From an uncultured Planctomycetaceae bacterium (GTDB taxonomy: Bacteria; Planctomycetota; Planctomycetia; Isosphaerales; Isosphaeraceae): DNA of 64,000 nucleotides. The notes beneath the pieces are model-generated. The model was not told where the DNA came from. It ran no database searches and saw nothing but the letters and a program-made list of their open reading frames with translations. The stretch covers positions 5,088,001-5,152,000 of the forward strand of contig CAWIAD010000002.1 in assembly GCA_963833985.1 (NCBI GenBank), written 5' to 3'. This document shows positions 30,945 through 42,064 of the stretch, piece by piece (position 1 is the first letter of the stretch; every line of letters begins with the position of its first letter). Position numbers and translations under genes: made by a program.

Positions 30945-32969
30945 CGGCGGACTTCATCGCGGCCCCGCGGGCCTGGACTCTGGAGGAATCGTGGCCCGGA
31001 TTTCGTGGACACTCCCGGCACGTCGCAGGGTGCACCGTGGGCAACCCGCGTCCCAGTTCGCGCCGCGTGCAGGCCATGACGGTGCCTCTCTGTGTTCCCC
31101 ACGCAACGCTCTCCTGATCGCCGTCTGGTTCGGGCTGGCCACCGGACTGGCCGAACTGGCGCTCGGGTTCATTCAGAAGCCCTTGACCGACCCATCGCCG
31201 GGCTTGTTCCGGATGAACCGGTACATGCTCTGGAGCGTTCCTGTGGTGAACGTGGCGTTCTTCGGGCTCTGCGGCCTGACGACGGCCGCGGTGCTCAGGG
31301 GCCGGCCTCATCCGGTCTTCCGGGCGGCTGTTGCACCGCCCGCGGTGCTGGCTGTGCTGACGCTCTTGCTCTCGTGCCGCTGGCTGCACGCGCTGGCGTG
31401 TGTGCTGCTGTGTCCACTGCTTGCGCGCGGCTCACGCGCTGGCTCGAGAGTCATCAGTCCGTCTTCCTCGTGTCGGTCTCGCGAACGACGCCTGTTCTTG
31501 CAATCCTCGTGCTCGGAACCGTGGCGGGGTCGCAAGCGCTCACCCGCGATGGTTCACGGCGTGTACGGCCGGCAACGTTCGCGGGCCGTCGCGTTCCCAA
31601 CGTCCTGCTGGTCGTGCTGGACACCGTGCGAGCCGACCATCTGAGCCTGCTTGGCTACCCTCGCGATACCTCGCCCTGCCTGACGCGGCTGGCGAGACGC
31701 CGGATCACTTTCACGCAGGCGCGCTCGACTGCCCCGTGGACCCTCCCGTCACATGCCAGCATGCTGACTGGCCGCTGGCCCCATGAGCTATCCACCGGCA
31801 TCAACGCGCCGCTTGATTCCACATTTCCAACCCTGGCGGAATGCCTGGCCGCGAACGGGTATGCCACCGCGGGCTTCGTGGCCAACGCGACATACTGCGG
31901 CCGCGAAACCGGCCTCGACCGCGGGTTCAACCACTACGAGGACCATCAGCTGACCCTCGCCGATATCCTCTGGACCAGCGCGATTGGCCGGCGCCTCCTG
32001 CTGCAAGGCCCGCTCGGTCCCGAGCGACGCACGGGAGGAAACCCCAACGACTACCATCGCAAGACGGCGGGAGAGGTCCGCGAGGACTTTCTCTCATGGA
32101 CGATGGGCCAGAAGGGCCGCCCGTTCTTCGCATTTCTCAACCTCTATGACGCACACGACCCGTACATCGCTCCGCCTGGCTTCGATCCCCGATTCAGCGA
32201 ACTGCGGCGATCCGCCGCCGGGACGGCTCTCCTGGAACGCTGGTTCATCCACGACAAGAAAACGCTCCATCCCGATCAGCTCCAGTTTGTCATCGATGCC
32301 TACGACGACGGCATCGCTTATCTGGACGACCAGGTAGGGAAGCTCATGGACGATCTCGATCGGCTCGGGCTCCTCGAGAACACACTGGTCATCGTCACGG
32401 CCGACCACGGTGAGCACCTCGGCGAGCACCAACTTTACGGGCATGCCAGCAGCCTCTACGACGCGGAGGTCCATGTGCCGCTCGTACTGCTGCTCCCTGG
32501 CGCAAAGGCCGGAGGGCGCAGGATCACAGCACCGGTGAGCCTGCGCGACCTGGCCGCGACGGTTGCCGAGCTGACGGGTCTGGAAGCGAGTCCCTTGCCG
32601 GGTCGATCGCTCACGCGATACTGGCGCGGCGATGCTGCGGTGACGGCTGAGCTTTCGCTCTGTGAAGTCGATGCCCCGGTGGCCAGCGCGCCGAATCAGG
32701 GCCGTTCGCCCGTCTTTCGCGGTCCCATGAAAGCCCTGGCGAGCGATTGCTATGTTTACATTCGCGGTGGCGGCGGACACGAGGAACTGTTCGACGTTGT
32801 GGCCGATCCCGGGCAACAATCAGACCTCTCCGGCAGGCCCCAGGAGCAACGGAACCTGATCCGGTTACGCAGCGCGCTCGAGCATCTTCTGGAGAGCCGC
32901 CATCGCCCCGGGAACGAGCCGTTCCGAGGGGTTCCCACACTCCGTTCAGGACTTCGCCACACTCAGTGA
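30934..32969 (+). CDS. Membrane-anchored sulfatase-like hydrolase/transferase (frameshift near 31428)
   Basis: N-terminal TMs; VLDTVRADHL, APWTLPSHASMLTG, DAHDPY, ADHGE.LGEH. Confidence 0.85.
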
Positions 32970-34097
32970 CAGCCCAGGGAGAGTGCCACGACGAAGCAGC
33001 TCGGATCGCAGCCGAGAGAACAGGGCGCGTTGCCCCCGGGCACTGGGATGACGATCCCACGCCGAGATCCGGAACTGCTTGAGTTCGAGGCGGTCGAAGG
33101 CAGCGGAAAGGTCGATGAAGTCCAGATCATGGCGTTGCGCCAGCCCCCGAATCAGCTCGGTGATCACCGGGCTCTGTCGCTTCTGATCGGCCCGCGGCAG
33201 GATCACCAGGGAGAGCGGAACACCCAACCTGTCGGCTTCGGTCTTCCACCCCGCGAACGCGCCCGCAAGCAGGAATTCATACTCTCCCCGGAGTTTGCGT
33301 CGCAGGGCATCAGGGCTGTCCGCGGCGGTCACGCCGGCTCGATGCAACGCCTGACGGACGTAGTCGAAGGGGATGGGGATGGTCGGGCTGCTGCGCACAA
33401 TCGCGTCCAGATGGTCTTCCTCGAGCGCGGAATCCAGCGGTGAGACGTCGCAGATAATCCAGTCCGCCTGATAGGATTCCGCTTCGTCATGAATTCGCAT
33501 CAGCCTGCGTGATGGGGACTCGCCGGGGAAGGCCAGGTTGACCACCTGGACGCGGGTCCTCTCTCCGACCCGCCCGTTCAGCCAACGTTCCAGGAGCCGC
33601 GGATAGGGAGCCCGATTGCCGACTCCATGCCCCATTGTATTGGAGGATCCGAAGACAAGGATCCGGTACACACCCGCGGGCTTCTCCAGCGGGATCTCTG
33701 GCGTGCGGTAGCCCAGGCTGTTGGTGCGAAAGCTTCGTCCATTCCAGCGCACATCGACGTTGGGCTTGAGCCGCCATAGCAGGTAAGAGCTTGTCCGTTC
33801 GAGCAGGCCCGTGTCGCAGAAAGGGATCCACCCGGGCGGAGGTTGCCGAAGGTCCGCTTCCAGCTTGAGGTCCGGCTGGCGGTCCATGAGCCTGGATGCA
33901 TCAAGAAGATTCTCGTAGTAACCGAGGGTCTCCCTGTAACCGAGCTCCTTTTGTAGACCCCCTCGCTCCATGAGGGTCTCGATGATCGTTGAATCCGGGG
34001 CAATCGATGCGGCGATGAGCAAGGCGATGGAAACCGGAGTGAGTAGCCCGTCTCGAAATCCCGGACCAGTAATGACACGGCGCAGCATCCGATCCAT
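32946..34097 (-). CDS. SGNH/GDSL-like hydrolase or acyltransferase
   Basis: FRTNSLGYR, RILVFGSSNTMGHGV, VVNLA, WDRHPS. Confidence 0.75.
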   Translation of the reverse strand: MDRMLRRVITGPGFRDGLLTPVSIALLIAASIAPDSTIIETLMERGGLQKELGYRETLGYYENLLDASRLMDRQPDLKLEADLRQPPPGWIPFCDTGLLERTSSYLLWRLKPNVDVRWNGRSFRTNSLGYRTPEIPLEKPAGVYRILVFGSSNTMGHGVGNRAPYPRLLERWLNGRVGERTRVQVVNLAFPGESPSRRLMRIHDEAESYQADWIICDVSPLDSALEEDHLDAIVRSSPTIPIPFDYVRQALHRAGVTAADSPDALRRKLRGEYEFLLAGAFAGWKTEADRLGVPLSLVILPRADQKRQSPVITELIRGLAQRHDLDFIDLSAAFDRLELKQFRISAWDRHPSARGQRALFSRLRSELLRRGTLPGLSLSVAKS

Positions 34098-34129
34098 TCC
34101 TTTCTGGACTCAGATCCCTGAATCCAGTT

Positions 34130-36043
34130 CTATTCCGCCATCAGAGACCGCAGCGTGTCCCTCAACCCCGGCATGGTCTTCGAGCTGCTGGCTGATCCGG
34201 CCAGATCGTGTCGCTCTTCCGGGTCGCCATCAAGGTCGTACAGTTCTTCACGGCCGTCGGCATTGCGAATATATGTACTGCCCATGGCCGCAATGGCGGC
34301 CATCGGCCCGCGCCACGCCGGGGGACGGTTCGGGTTTCTGGAGATCTTCTCGCGGAGAGTGACCTCGCTGAGCACCCCCGTGGCGAAAGGAGGTTGTGCG
34401 CCCGGGCGAGGATGCCAGTGCTGCACCAGTGAGCTGCCCGGGAACGGCGAATCCGCGCTCGCCTTCAGGAGGTCAACGACCGTGGCGGGCAAGTCGCGCA
34501 GGCTCACCGGTTCGGAGATGGTCTGGCCAGCCGCGGCTCCTCCGGGAACAAGGATCAACAGCGGTACGCGCAGCTCTGGAGCATAAAGGCTCTTGCCGTG
34601 GCCGTAGAGCTGGTGCTCGCCCAGCTCCTCGCCATGATCGGAGGTGATGATGACGAGCGTATTCTTGAGCAGCCCGCGCCGTTCGAGGTCGTCCACGAGC
34701 TTGCCGATCTGTGCGTCCAGGTAGGCGATACAGTCGTCGTAGGCGTCGCTGACCAGAATCCTGTCGCGCTCGGCAATATCCCGCTTGGGCCGGTTCTCCC
34801 AGTCCTGCAAGAGCTCGAACTCAGCAGTGCTCCGGGCACGGCAAAAGCGGGCCTTGACACCTTCGGGCAGGATGTATGGGGAGTGGGCGTCGAAGAAGTT
34901 GAGAAACGCGAAGAAGGGCCGCCCTGGCTCTTGATCGCCCAGCCAGTCCAGGAAATCATTGCTGATCTCCTCGGCATCCTTGCGTTGCCGCCCGGTGGAG
35001 AGCGGCAGGTGCACCAGGCGCAGCAGGCAGCGCCCCAGCGAGGATGTGCGCAGCGTCTCGGTGACCGAGACCACCAGATCCTCGTCGTAGAAGTCTTCAT
35101 AATGTGCGAAGCCCCGGCTCAAGCCGTACCAGGAATTGCAGAAATAGGTGTTGGCCACGAACCCCGCCGTGAGGTAACCACGCGTGGCGAGGAACGCGGC
35201 GAGCGTGGGCGGGCCATCATCCAGGGGCCGGTCCTCGCCGACCTCGGTCTGGTGGGGCCAGAGACCGGTGAACATGCTCGCGTGCGAAGGCAGGGTCCAG
35301 GGAGCCGTGGCACGGGCCTGATCAAAACGCACGCCCCGTGCCGCAAGCCGTTCCAGGTTCGGCGTGGTGGCTCGATGGTAGCCGTGCAAGCTGAGATGGT
35401 CCGCCCGGACCGTATCCATGACCATCAGGACCACGTTCATGGCGCCAGGAGATGCCGCGGGAGATGTGAGCGAAGCCCACCGCTGTCCCATCAAGGACCG
35501 AGCTCCGTTCCATCCGCAGAGCGCGGTCGAGGCGACCACCAGCACCGGAAGGCTGTTCCAGACCAGACGCCAGAAGGCCTGGGCGGAGACCGCGATGCCG
35601 CGGGCGGTCACCGTGGCACACGCCGCGGCGAGAGCGACGTACGCAATAGCATAGAGACCGGGGATCAAGAGCAGCAGGGCAAGAAAAGTGGGAAAGCTGA
35701 GAAGCAAAACGCCATGACGAATTCCGAACGACGGCCAGACCCGTGTGACGAAACCGACGGTGATACCCCAGCCCACGAAGAGGACCAGGTTCGTCAGCGG
35801 GATCATCCAGCCGAAATGCCGGCTCATCTGCAGGCTGCTCAACGACGACCAGCCCAGCACGTGGCTCCGCGCATAGAGCAGACCAAGCTCCAGCAAACCC
35901 GTGACCGCTCCAAACCAGACCGCCAGCACGCAAGGCGAAACGATGGTCCAGGACGCCTGGGACTTCCCCCTGCCTCCGCCCTGCCAGTCCTCCCCGAAGC
36001 GCAGGCCCAGACCCAGGTATGCAACTCGGTTCAAGCTCGTCAT
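34130..36043 (-). CDS. Membrane-anchored sulfatase-like hydrolase/transferase (paralogue of 30934-32969)
   Basis: 5 TMs; MDTVRADHL, APWTLPSHASMFTG, DAHSPY, SDHGEELGEH. Confidence 0.88.
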   Translation of the reverse strand: MTSLNRVAYLGLGLRFGEDWQGGGRGKSQASWTIVSPCVLAVWFGAVTGLLELGLLYARSHVLGWSSLSSLQMSRHFGWMIPLTNLVLFVGWGITVGFVTRVWPSFGIRHGVLLLSFPTFLALLLLIPGLYAIAYVALAAACATVTARGIAVSAQAFWRLVWNSLPVLVVASTALCGWNGARSLMGQRWASLTSPAASPGAMNVVLMVMDTVRADHLSLHGYHRATTPNLERLAARGVRFDQARATAPWTLPSHASMFTGLWPHQTEVGEDRPLDDGPPTLAAFLATRGYLTAGFVANTYFCNSWYGLSRGFAHYEDFYDEDLVVSVTETLRTSSLGRCLLRLVHLPLSTGRQRKDAEEISNDFLDWLGDQEPGRPFFAFLNFFDAHSPYILPEGVKARFCRARSTAEFELLQDWENRPKRDIAERDRILVSDAYDDCIAYLDAQIGKLVDDLERRGLLKNTLVIITSDHGEELGEHQLYGHGKSLYAPELRVPLLILVPGGAAAGQTISEPVSLRDLPATVVDLLKASADSPFPGSSLVQHWHPRPGAQPPFATGVLSEVTLREKISRNPNRPPAWRGPMAAIAAMGSTYIRNADGREELYDLDGDPEERHDLAGSASSSKTMPGLRDTLRSLMAE

Positions 36044-36306
36044 GCGATGGTACTCCCCGCTCTGGACGCGAGTCGCGGGTTGGCCGGGCGCCTCAAGCGA
36101 TCATGTGCGATGTGGCGAGTGCGGAGTCGCCGCGGTTGGAACGCCCAAAGGTCCGATCAAACCGGGATGATACTACTATCCCTTTAGTCCGGATCGGGGA
36201 ACCCCAATTCCGGAACGCTGGCAGTCCTGCAATCGTGCGTTGTGCCACCTCGGAGCGGGTTGCTCCTGGCGCTCTTCCAGGCAAGTCAATCGCACGCGTT
36301 GCGAAT

Positions 36307-36339
36307 GCCGGAAGGCGGGATTGGACGCCGCCTTCCGGC
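36307..36339. terminator. Perfect 12-bp stem-loop
   Basis: GCCGGAAGGCGG-N9-CCGCCTTCCGGC; no clear U-tract. Confidence 0.4.
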
Positions 36340-36425
36340 CTACCCGGGAGAGCCTGGCCCCTCAGAGTGAAGCGCCCGATTCCCGGCGGTTCATTCGAGT
36401 GAGAACGAACCTGTGAATACCTGGT

Positions 36426-36563
36426 TCAGAACCGGCCGGGCCGCATGAAGCCAGTAGCGACGGTGCGCAGCGAGCAGACGCCGGCCGCGGTGAGGTTGGC
36501 CACGGTTGCACGCAACGCGCAGAACCGCTGCATCGTCCTGAATACTCCCTGGACCGAATCCAT
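36426..36563 (-). CDS. Putative 45-aa small protein
   Basis: AAAGGAG 8 nt before ATG; MDSVQGVFRTMQRFCALRATVANLTAAGVCSLRTVATGFMRPGRF. Confidence 0.4.
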   Translation of the reverse strand: MDSVQGVFRTMQRFCALRATVANLTAAGVCSLRTVATGFMRPGRF

Positions 36564-36881
36564 CGGACCGACTCCTTTCAGCCGAGAATTGCCGTCCGCT
36601 AACCGAGCGGATCGCCTTCCTCACCCAGGAGCGTAAATCAGCGCCGGCAGCGCCGAAAAAACGGCAAGAATCGCGAGACTGCCAGGAAATGAGCTCTGCC
36701 CAATGGCGCGTGCGGGAATCCTTATCAGAACCAGCGGCAGACCGTGGTCGCAACGTGAGGCAACCACGGCATCACGCGCGAACTCGCACGGTCTCCAGGC
36801 CAAGCGGCCGGAATGGAGCGTACGTTCGGGGGCAGGCGTGTGGCGACAGGGTATCGCCGGAGCGTAGCGGCACGTGGCGGA

Positions 36882-37289
36882 TCACGACTTGCCTTTTTTC
36901 CGAGGATGTCCGCCGGTCATCTCGTCGAGCACGGCGCGGACTTCCTTGGCCTGGCTGGCATCCAGTGGATGCGATTTCAGGAGATGAAGTACGAGCAAGC
37001 CTGGCTCTCCCTGGTAGAGCTTGTCCACCAGATTGGAAAGCCGCCGTTGCCGCACTTCGTGGGACGAGATTGCGGGACGGTACACAAAGGCCAGGTCGCT
37101 CCGATCGCTGGTCACAAGGCCCTTGGATTCCAGCCGGTCGAGCAGTGTGGCCACCGTGGCGTACGACCATTGACGTCCCGCCGCCCGGAGCGTCTCCAGG
37201 GCCTCGCGGACCGTCGCCTGGCCTCTTTCCCAGAGCACTTTCAGGACATCAAGCTCGGAGTCGGGAATTGTTGGCGGGCGTTTGGCCAT
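36882..37289 (-). CDS. BlaI/MecI/CopY family transcriptional repressor
   Basis: SELDVLKVLWERGQATVRE...YATVATLLDRLESKGLV...FVYRP. Confidence 0.92.
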   Translation of the reverse strand: MAKRPPTIPDSELDVLKVLWERGQATVREALETLRAAGRQWSYATVATLLDRLESKGLVTSDRSDLAFVYRPAISSHEVRQRRLSNLVDKLYQGEPGLLVLHLLKSHPLDASQAKEVRAVLDEMTGGHPRKKGKS

Positions 37290-37395
37290 CGGAAGTGATC
37301 TCGCCAGGGATTTCGAAGACCTAACCATGTATCGGATACAGATTACGGCCGATCGCCGGGCCGGGGCCGGAACGGACCTTCATCAATCAGGGTGT

Positions 37396-37424
37396 ATCCT
37401 AAGACAGTTGTCTCACAACGTCAA
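37396..37424 (-). promoter_or_regulatory. Sigma70 promoter of the BlaI-like gene with a palindromic operator in the spacer
   Basis: Minus strand TTGACG-N17-TAGGAT; AGACA-GT-TGTCT palindrome at 37402-37413 (ACA-N2-TGT core). Confidence 0.7.
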
Positions 37425-37615
37425 TCCCCCACCGGCAACTCTCCTGACAAGCGTCGTGAAGCGTTCTTCTTGTTGCACCCGATATCGGCCCGCGCGTGAG
37501 CGTTTTATAATCGAGGGACGCGTGCGAATACCCGAGGGGATCTCGGACGTGGTTCGAGGCACGTGATCCCCGCGACTGCGGCGTGGGCAACCATGAGTTC
37601 TTGCTGGAGTTTACG

Positions 37616-38074
37616 ATGAAGCGACAGATCGCTTTGGGAATGGCGCTGGGACTGCCACTGGCTCTCGGGGTCTGGGGATGCAACGGCGACCAGGTGGAAT
37701 CAGGAGTCAAGACCTCCGGTGCCAAGCTGGAAAAGGCCGGCGGAGCCATCGAGTCGGGCACGAAGAACCTGGGCGAGAAGATCAAGGAATCCGGCGCGGG
37801 CTCCAAGCTGGAAGGTGCTGCGGCCACGACCGGATCCGTGATCGAGAAGGGCGGCGAAAAGACCCGCGAGGTGCTCGACAAGACTGGCGAGAAGCTCAAG
37901 CAGGTCGCTCCCGAGGCGGGCAAGGCAGTGGACAAGGCGGGCGAGAACATCAAGAAAATCGAGCAAAAGGCTGGCGCCGCAGTCAAGGACATCAAGGAAA
38001 AGACCAGGGAGACCATCAAGGACATCAAGGACAAGGCCAAGGACGTGATCAACAAGGACACCGGGAAGAGCTGA
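37616..38074 (+). CDS. Lys/Glu-rich repetitive lipoprotein (LEA/apolipoprotein-like helices)
   Basis: VWGC lipobox; 11-residue-like amphipathic repeats. Confidence 0.75.
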   Translation: MKRQIALGMALGLPLALGVWGCNGDQVESGVKTSGAKLEKAGGAIESGTKNLGEKIKESGAGSKLEGAAATTGSVIEKGGEKTREVLDKTGEKLKQVAPEAGKAVDKAGENIKKIEQKAGAAVKDIKEKTRETIKDIKDKAKDVINKDTGKS

Positions 38075-38275
38075 CCCGGAGAGCATGCGGGCCGCACGCC
38101 GGGGGCTGCTCCGCCCCGGCGTGTGCGCTGGCTTGCGCTCGGTCCGCTCTGGACCCAAATCTCCCGAACATGGACTGTTCCCCGAAAATCATCGGGGATA
38201 GACTGGCCTGTTGAAGCACATCGCTTGCGAGTGCCGAGGCTGGGTCGTCCTCATCACGGGACGAGGAGACAGGCA

Positions 38276-39533
38276 ATGGGCCAGACAGCCAGTGCCGGGA
38301 TCACGCACGACCTCCGTTGTCCCGACTGCGCGACTGATCTGGAACTGGCCTCCACCGGCATCCAGGGCCTGTTGCGGCTCTCCTGCCCCGGCTGCGGCAG
38401 CCGGTTTCGGGCGGCAACTCCCGCTTCCTCCAGCGTGAACGGCAAGGCGAGGGTGCCGGCGATGCCTCTGAAGTCGCCCACGGTCGGCCCTCTGGCCCTC
38501 CGCTGGCGCAGCTTGATCCTGCGGATCATGGAACGCCTCTACTGGTCGGTGACCGTGGCCGGCTCGGTCATATTACTTGCCTGTGGCGGGATCGTGCCGG
38601 TGCTGCGCGGCTGGCTGGACGAGGAGATCTTCACATGGGCCGACGTGGTCCGCACCTTGGGCGGCATCTGGTTCTCGATGGAGACGAGGGACCCTGATTC
38701 CGACCTGGGCCCGGTGCTGGCTCGGGTGGATGCGCCACTCCTCTTCTCATCCATCGATACGGTCGCCAGGAAGCTGGGGGTGCGGCCCCCGGGACAGGTG
38801 CGCCTGACGTATCTGCCCTGCTGCGGCGTCGTGGCCTGGGGGCGCTCGCAGGCGCTGATCATCGGCCTGCCGCTCCTGCGTGTGCTCACGCAGGTCGAGC
38901 TTCGTGCCGTTCTGGCCCACGAACTGGCCCACCTGGCCCGCGGCGACGCCACCCGTGCCGCCCGCTCCGCACGTTTTGTGGAGGGGCTGGAGCTGGCACT
39001 CGAGCAGGCCGGGCATCGAGCTCGCGGTCTTCTGGGTGCCTGGGCGCGGTACTGCCTGAATGAGGGTTCGTGGCTGATCGAGCCGGTCGCGCGCGGCCAG
39101 GAAGCGCGCCGCCGACCGGATGGCGGCAATCATCGCCGGCGGCGGAGCAGCCGCCTCGGCGCTCGTCAAGGTGGCCGTGGTCCAACCGCTCTTTCGCGAG
39201 GTCCTCGAACATTACGACCCCAATCGTCCGGATTTGCCAAACCTCTACGCCTTCTTCCGGGCCTTCTGGTATCGGCTGCCGCTGGAGTCCCTCTCGGCGA
39301 TGCGGCTGCACGTTCTCTCAAACCGCCACGGCACCTACGACCCGGCTCATCCCTCACTTCCTGATCGTCTTGCGCTCATCCAGTCCTACGGCGACCCGGC
39401 CTGCGTCAACGGCGACAACCAGCCGGCAACGACCTTTCTGGGCGACCTGGAAATCTTCGAGCAAATGCTCCACAACCGGCTCTTCGGCCTGCCCAGCATC
39501 GAGCCCACCGTGTTTCACCGCGCCGGATCGTGA
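38276..39533 (+). CDS. M48-like Zn metallopeptidase with N-terminal zinc ribbon (frameshift near 39110)
   Basis: CPDC...CPGC; ELRAVLAHELAH; QE/..AD helix; AHPSLPDRL. Confidence 0.8.
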
Positions 39534-39940
39534 GAGCCCGTTGCGACTTGTTTCCTGGCCGAGAGCAGAGAGAGCGCCAGGTAGAAGAAAGGAATCGCCA
39601 GCACGCCGACAATGAAGAGCAAGGTTACACGGGTTGCCCCGGTGCTCCCCCAGAGACTCGACGGGAAGCAGAGCGGGTGAATCGCCACAGCCAGCGCCAT
39701 GCACACCGACGCGAACACTAGTCCCACAATCAAACGGTCTTTTCCGGGACCGCTGCGGACCAGCGGAAACGCGGTCAGGGCCAGGACGAGTGGTATGCCG
39801 ACGCTTTCGCCCATCAAGACATACGACCAGGAAATGGCTCCCGCCTCCGCCCAACGAACGAACGGTGCCACACAGAGCATCACAACAGCCGCAAAGACGA
39901 CCAACTTCATCATCTGAAAAAGTGTGAGTCTGGGCTTCAC
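39515..39940 (-). CDS. Small 4-TM hypothetical protein
   Basis: RLTLFQMMKLVVFAAV-type start; hydrophobic helices. Confidence 0.55.
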   Translation of the reverse strand: MKPRLTLFQMMKLVVFAAVVMLCVAPFVRWAEAGAISWSYVLMGESVGIPLVLALTAFPLVRSGPGKDRLIVGLVFASVCMALAVAIHPLCFPSSLWGSTGATRVTLLFIVGVLAIPFFYLALSLLSARKQVATGSHDPAR

Positions 39941-40163
39941 AGCTGCACTGCACAGAACGTCGAGGGATGTATTGCCTCCCAGAGTCTAACTCTACTGGTT
40001 TTGGACGTGCAACCGGTTCACCACCGAGTGACCATGCTTCGCGTGCACTTCCGGAAATCATGGCCCTCGGATATTCTCTGGTGCGCGGGATGAGTCCGTC
40101 TCGTCTCCCGACCGGGCGCGGTCTCATGGAGCATCCCCTCTCTGCTGAGCCAGGTGCAACCTC

Positions 40164-42055
40164 ATGTCTCCCGATTTGCAGGCTGCGATCGAGCACCATC
40201 GACACGGCCGCCTCGAGCAGGCAGCGCGTCTGTACGAATGCGCCCTGGGCGAGACACCTGAGCATCCCGAGATCCTCCACCTGCTCGGTCTGGTCACCCT
40301 CCAGCGGGGGGAGCCGGCGCGGGCCGTCGCACTCATCAGCCGCGCGATTGAGAACCGGCCGCGCGAGGCAAGCTATCACGGCACCCTGGCTGAGGCGTAC
40401 TGGACGCTCGGGCAACTGGATCGCACGGTCGCTGCTTACCGCTCAGCCCTGGCGCTTCAGCCCGACCATCCCGACTACCACTGCAATCTCGGAGCGACGC
40501 TCATCGACCTGGGTGCATTTGACGAGGCGAGCCGCCACTTTCGCGCGGCGATCGAGCTCAATCCCGGGTTCGCTGCCGCTCATAACAATCTGGGGAACGC
40601 ACTCCGGCTGCTGGGGAATCGGCAGGGTGCCATCGACCATTTCCGCAGGGCGGCGGAGCTGGACCCGCTGTCGGCCGAGGCCCGCAGCAACCTCGGGGAG
40701 CTGCTGCTGGAACTGGGTCAGCCGGAAGCCGCTCGACCATACTGCCAGGAGGCCGTTCGGCTGCGTCCCGATTTCACCCTCGCGCGAGTCATACTGGGCA
40801 ATGTTCTTCAAAGCCTGGGAGAGTTCGAGGACGCCCGTGCCTGCTTCTTGCAGGCCAGCAGCCAGCAGCCGTGTCTTGCCGGCCCCCACGCCGCGCTCGG
40901 AGGCTTGCTCGAAGAAATGGGCGATCTTGATGGCTCCGAGCGAGAACTCCGCGAGGCGCTTCGCCTGGACCCACGGCACGCCGGCGCCCTGGCCAGACTG
41001 GCGACGCGGCTCCGCGGCCAGCTACCTGCCGCCGACCGCGCCACGATCGCAGACTTGCTGGCCGACACCAGCCTGACGTCTCGGAGTCGCTGGACTCTCC
41101 AGTTCGCCCGCGCCCAGGTCGAAGACGCCTGTGGTAATTACTTGCAGGCCGTGGAATGCGCCGCGCCGCCAACGCACTCCAGAAATCTGACTTCGAGCAA
41201 CAGGGCAAGACCTACGACCCCGAGGCCCACAGAGCGTTTGTTGATCGTCTCCTCAACGCCTTCGACCGCGACCATTTCGCGCGGGTTCGTGGCTTCGGAC
41301 TGCCCACCCGACGGCCCGTCTTCGTGGTTGGCTTGCCCCGCTCCGGAACCACCCTGGTTGAGCAGGTCCTCTCCAGCCACCACAGAGTTTTCGGCGCAGG
41401 CGAGTTGCGGCTGGTTCATGACGTCTTCGAGGAACTTCCTGAGGTCTGCGGACGGCAAGCCACGGCACTCGACTGCCTTTCGCAACTCGACAGCGACGTG
41501 GTGCGCTCCCTCGCCACACGCCATGACGGGGCCCTGTCATCGATGGGCTTCGGTGCGGACCGGGTTGTGGACAAGATGCCCGAGAACACGCTTTATCTCG
41601 GCTGGATCGCAACGCTCTTTCCTCAGGCAATTGTCATTTGCTGCCACCGCGATCTGCGCGACGTGGCTCTTTCATGCTGGCTGACCCACCTTGCCCAGGT
41701 GCGCTGGGCCTGTGACCTGGACCATATCGCGTCACGCATCGGCGAGCACGCCCGGCTGATGAAGCACTGGCGTTCCGTCTTGCCGACGCCGATCCTGGAA
41801 ATCAACTACGAGTTGCTCGTGGCTGAACCGGACCATCAGATACGCCAGCTGGTACACTGGTGTGGCCTGGAATGGGACCCCGCTTGCCTGAACTTTCACA
41901 AGCAAGAGCGCCCGGTTCGCACAGCCAGCGCCGCGCAGGTGCGGCGACCGGTCCATCGCCGCTCGGTGGGCCGATGGAAGAATTACGAGTCGTGGCTCGG
42001 GTCTTTCTTTGAGCGAATCGATCCTGGGCCGGGATCATTGGCCGCCAGTCGCTGA
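40164..42055 (+). CDS. TPR-repeat sulfotransferase (frameshift near 41163)
   Basis: Multiple TPRs (AHNNLGNAL), then VFVVGLPRSGTTLVEQVL, VDKMPEN, RD.RDVALSC, VRTAS.QVRRP. Confidence 0.9.
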
Positions 42056-42064
42056 AGCTGCGCA

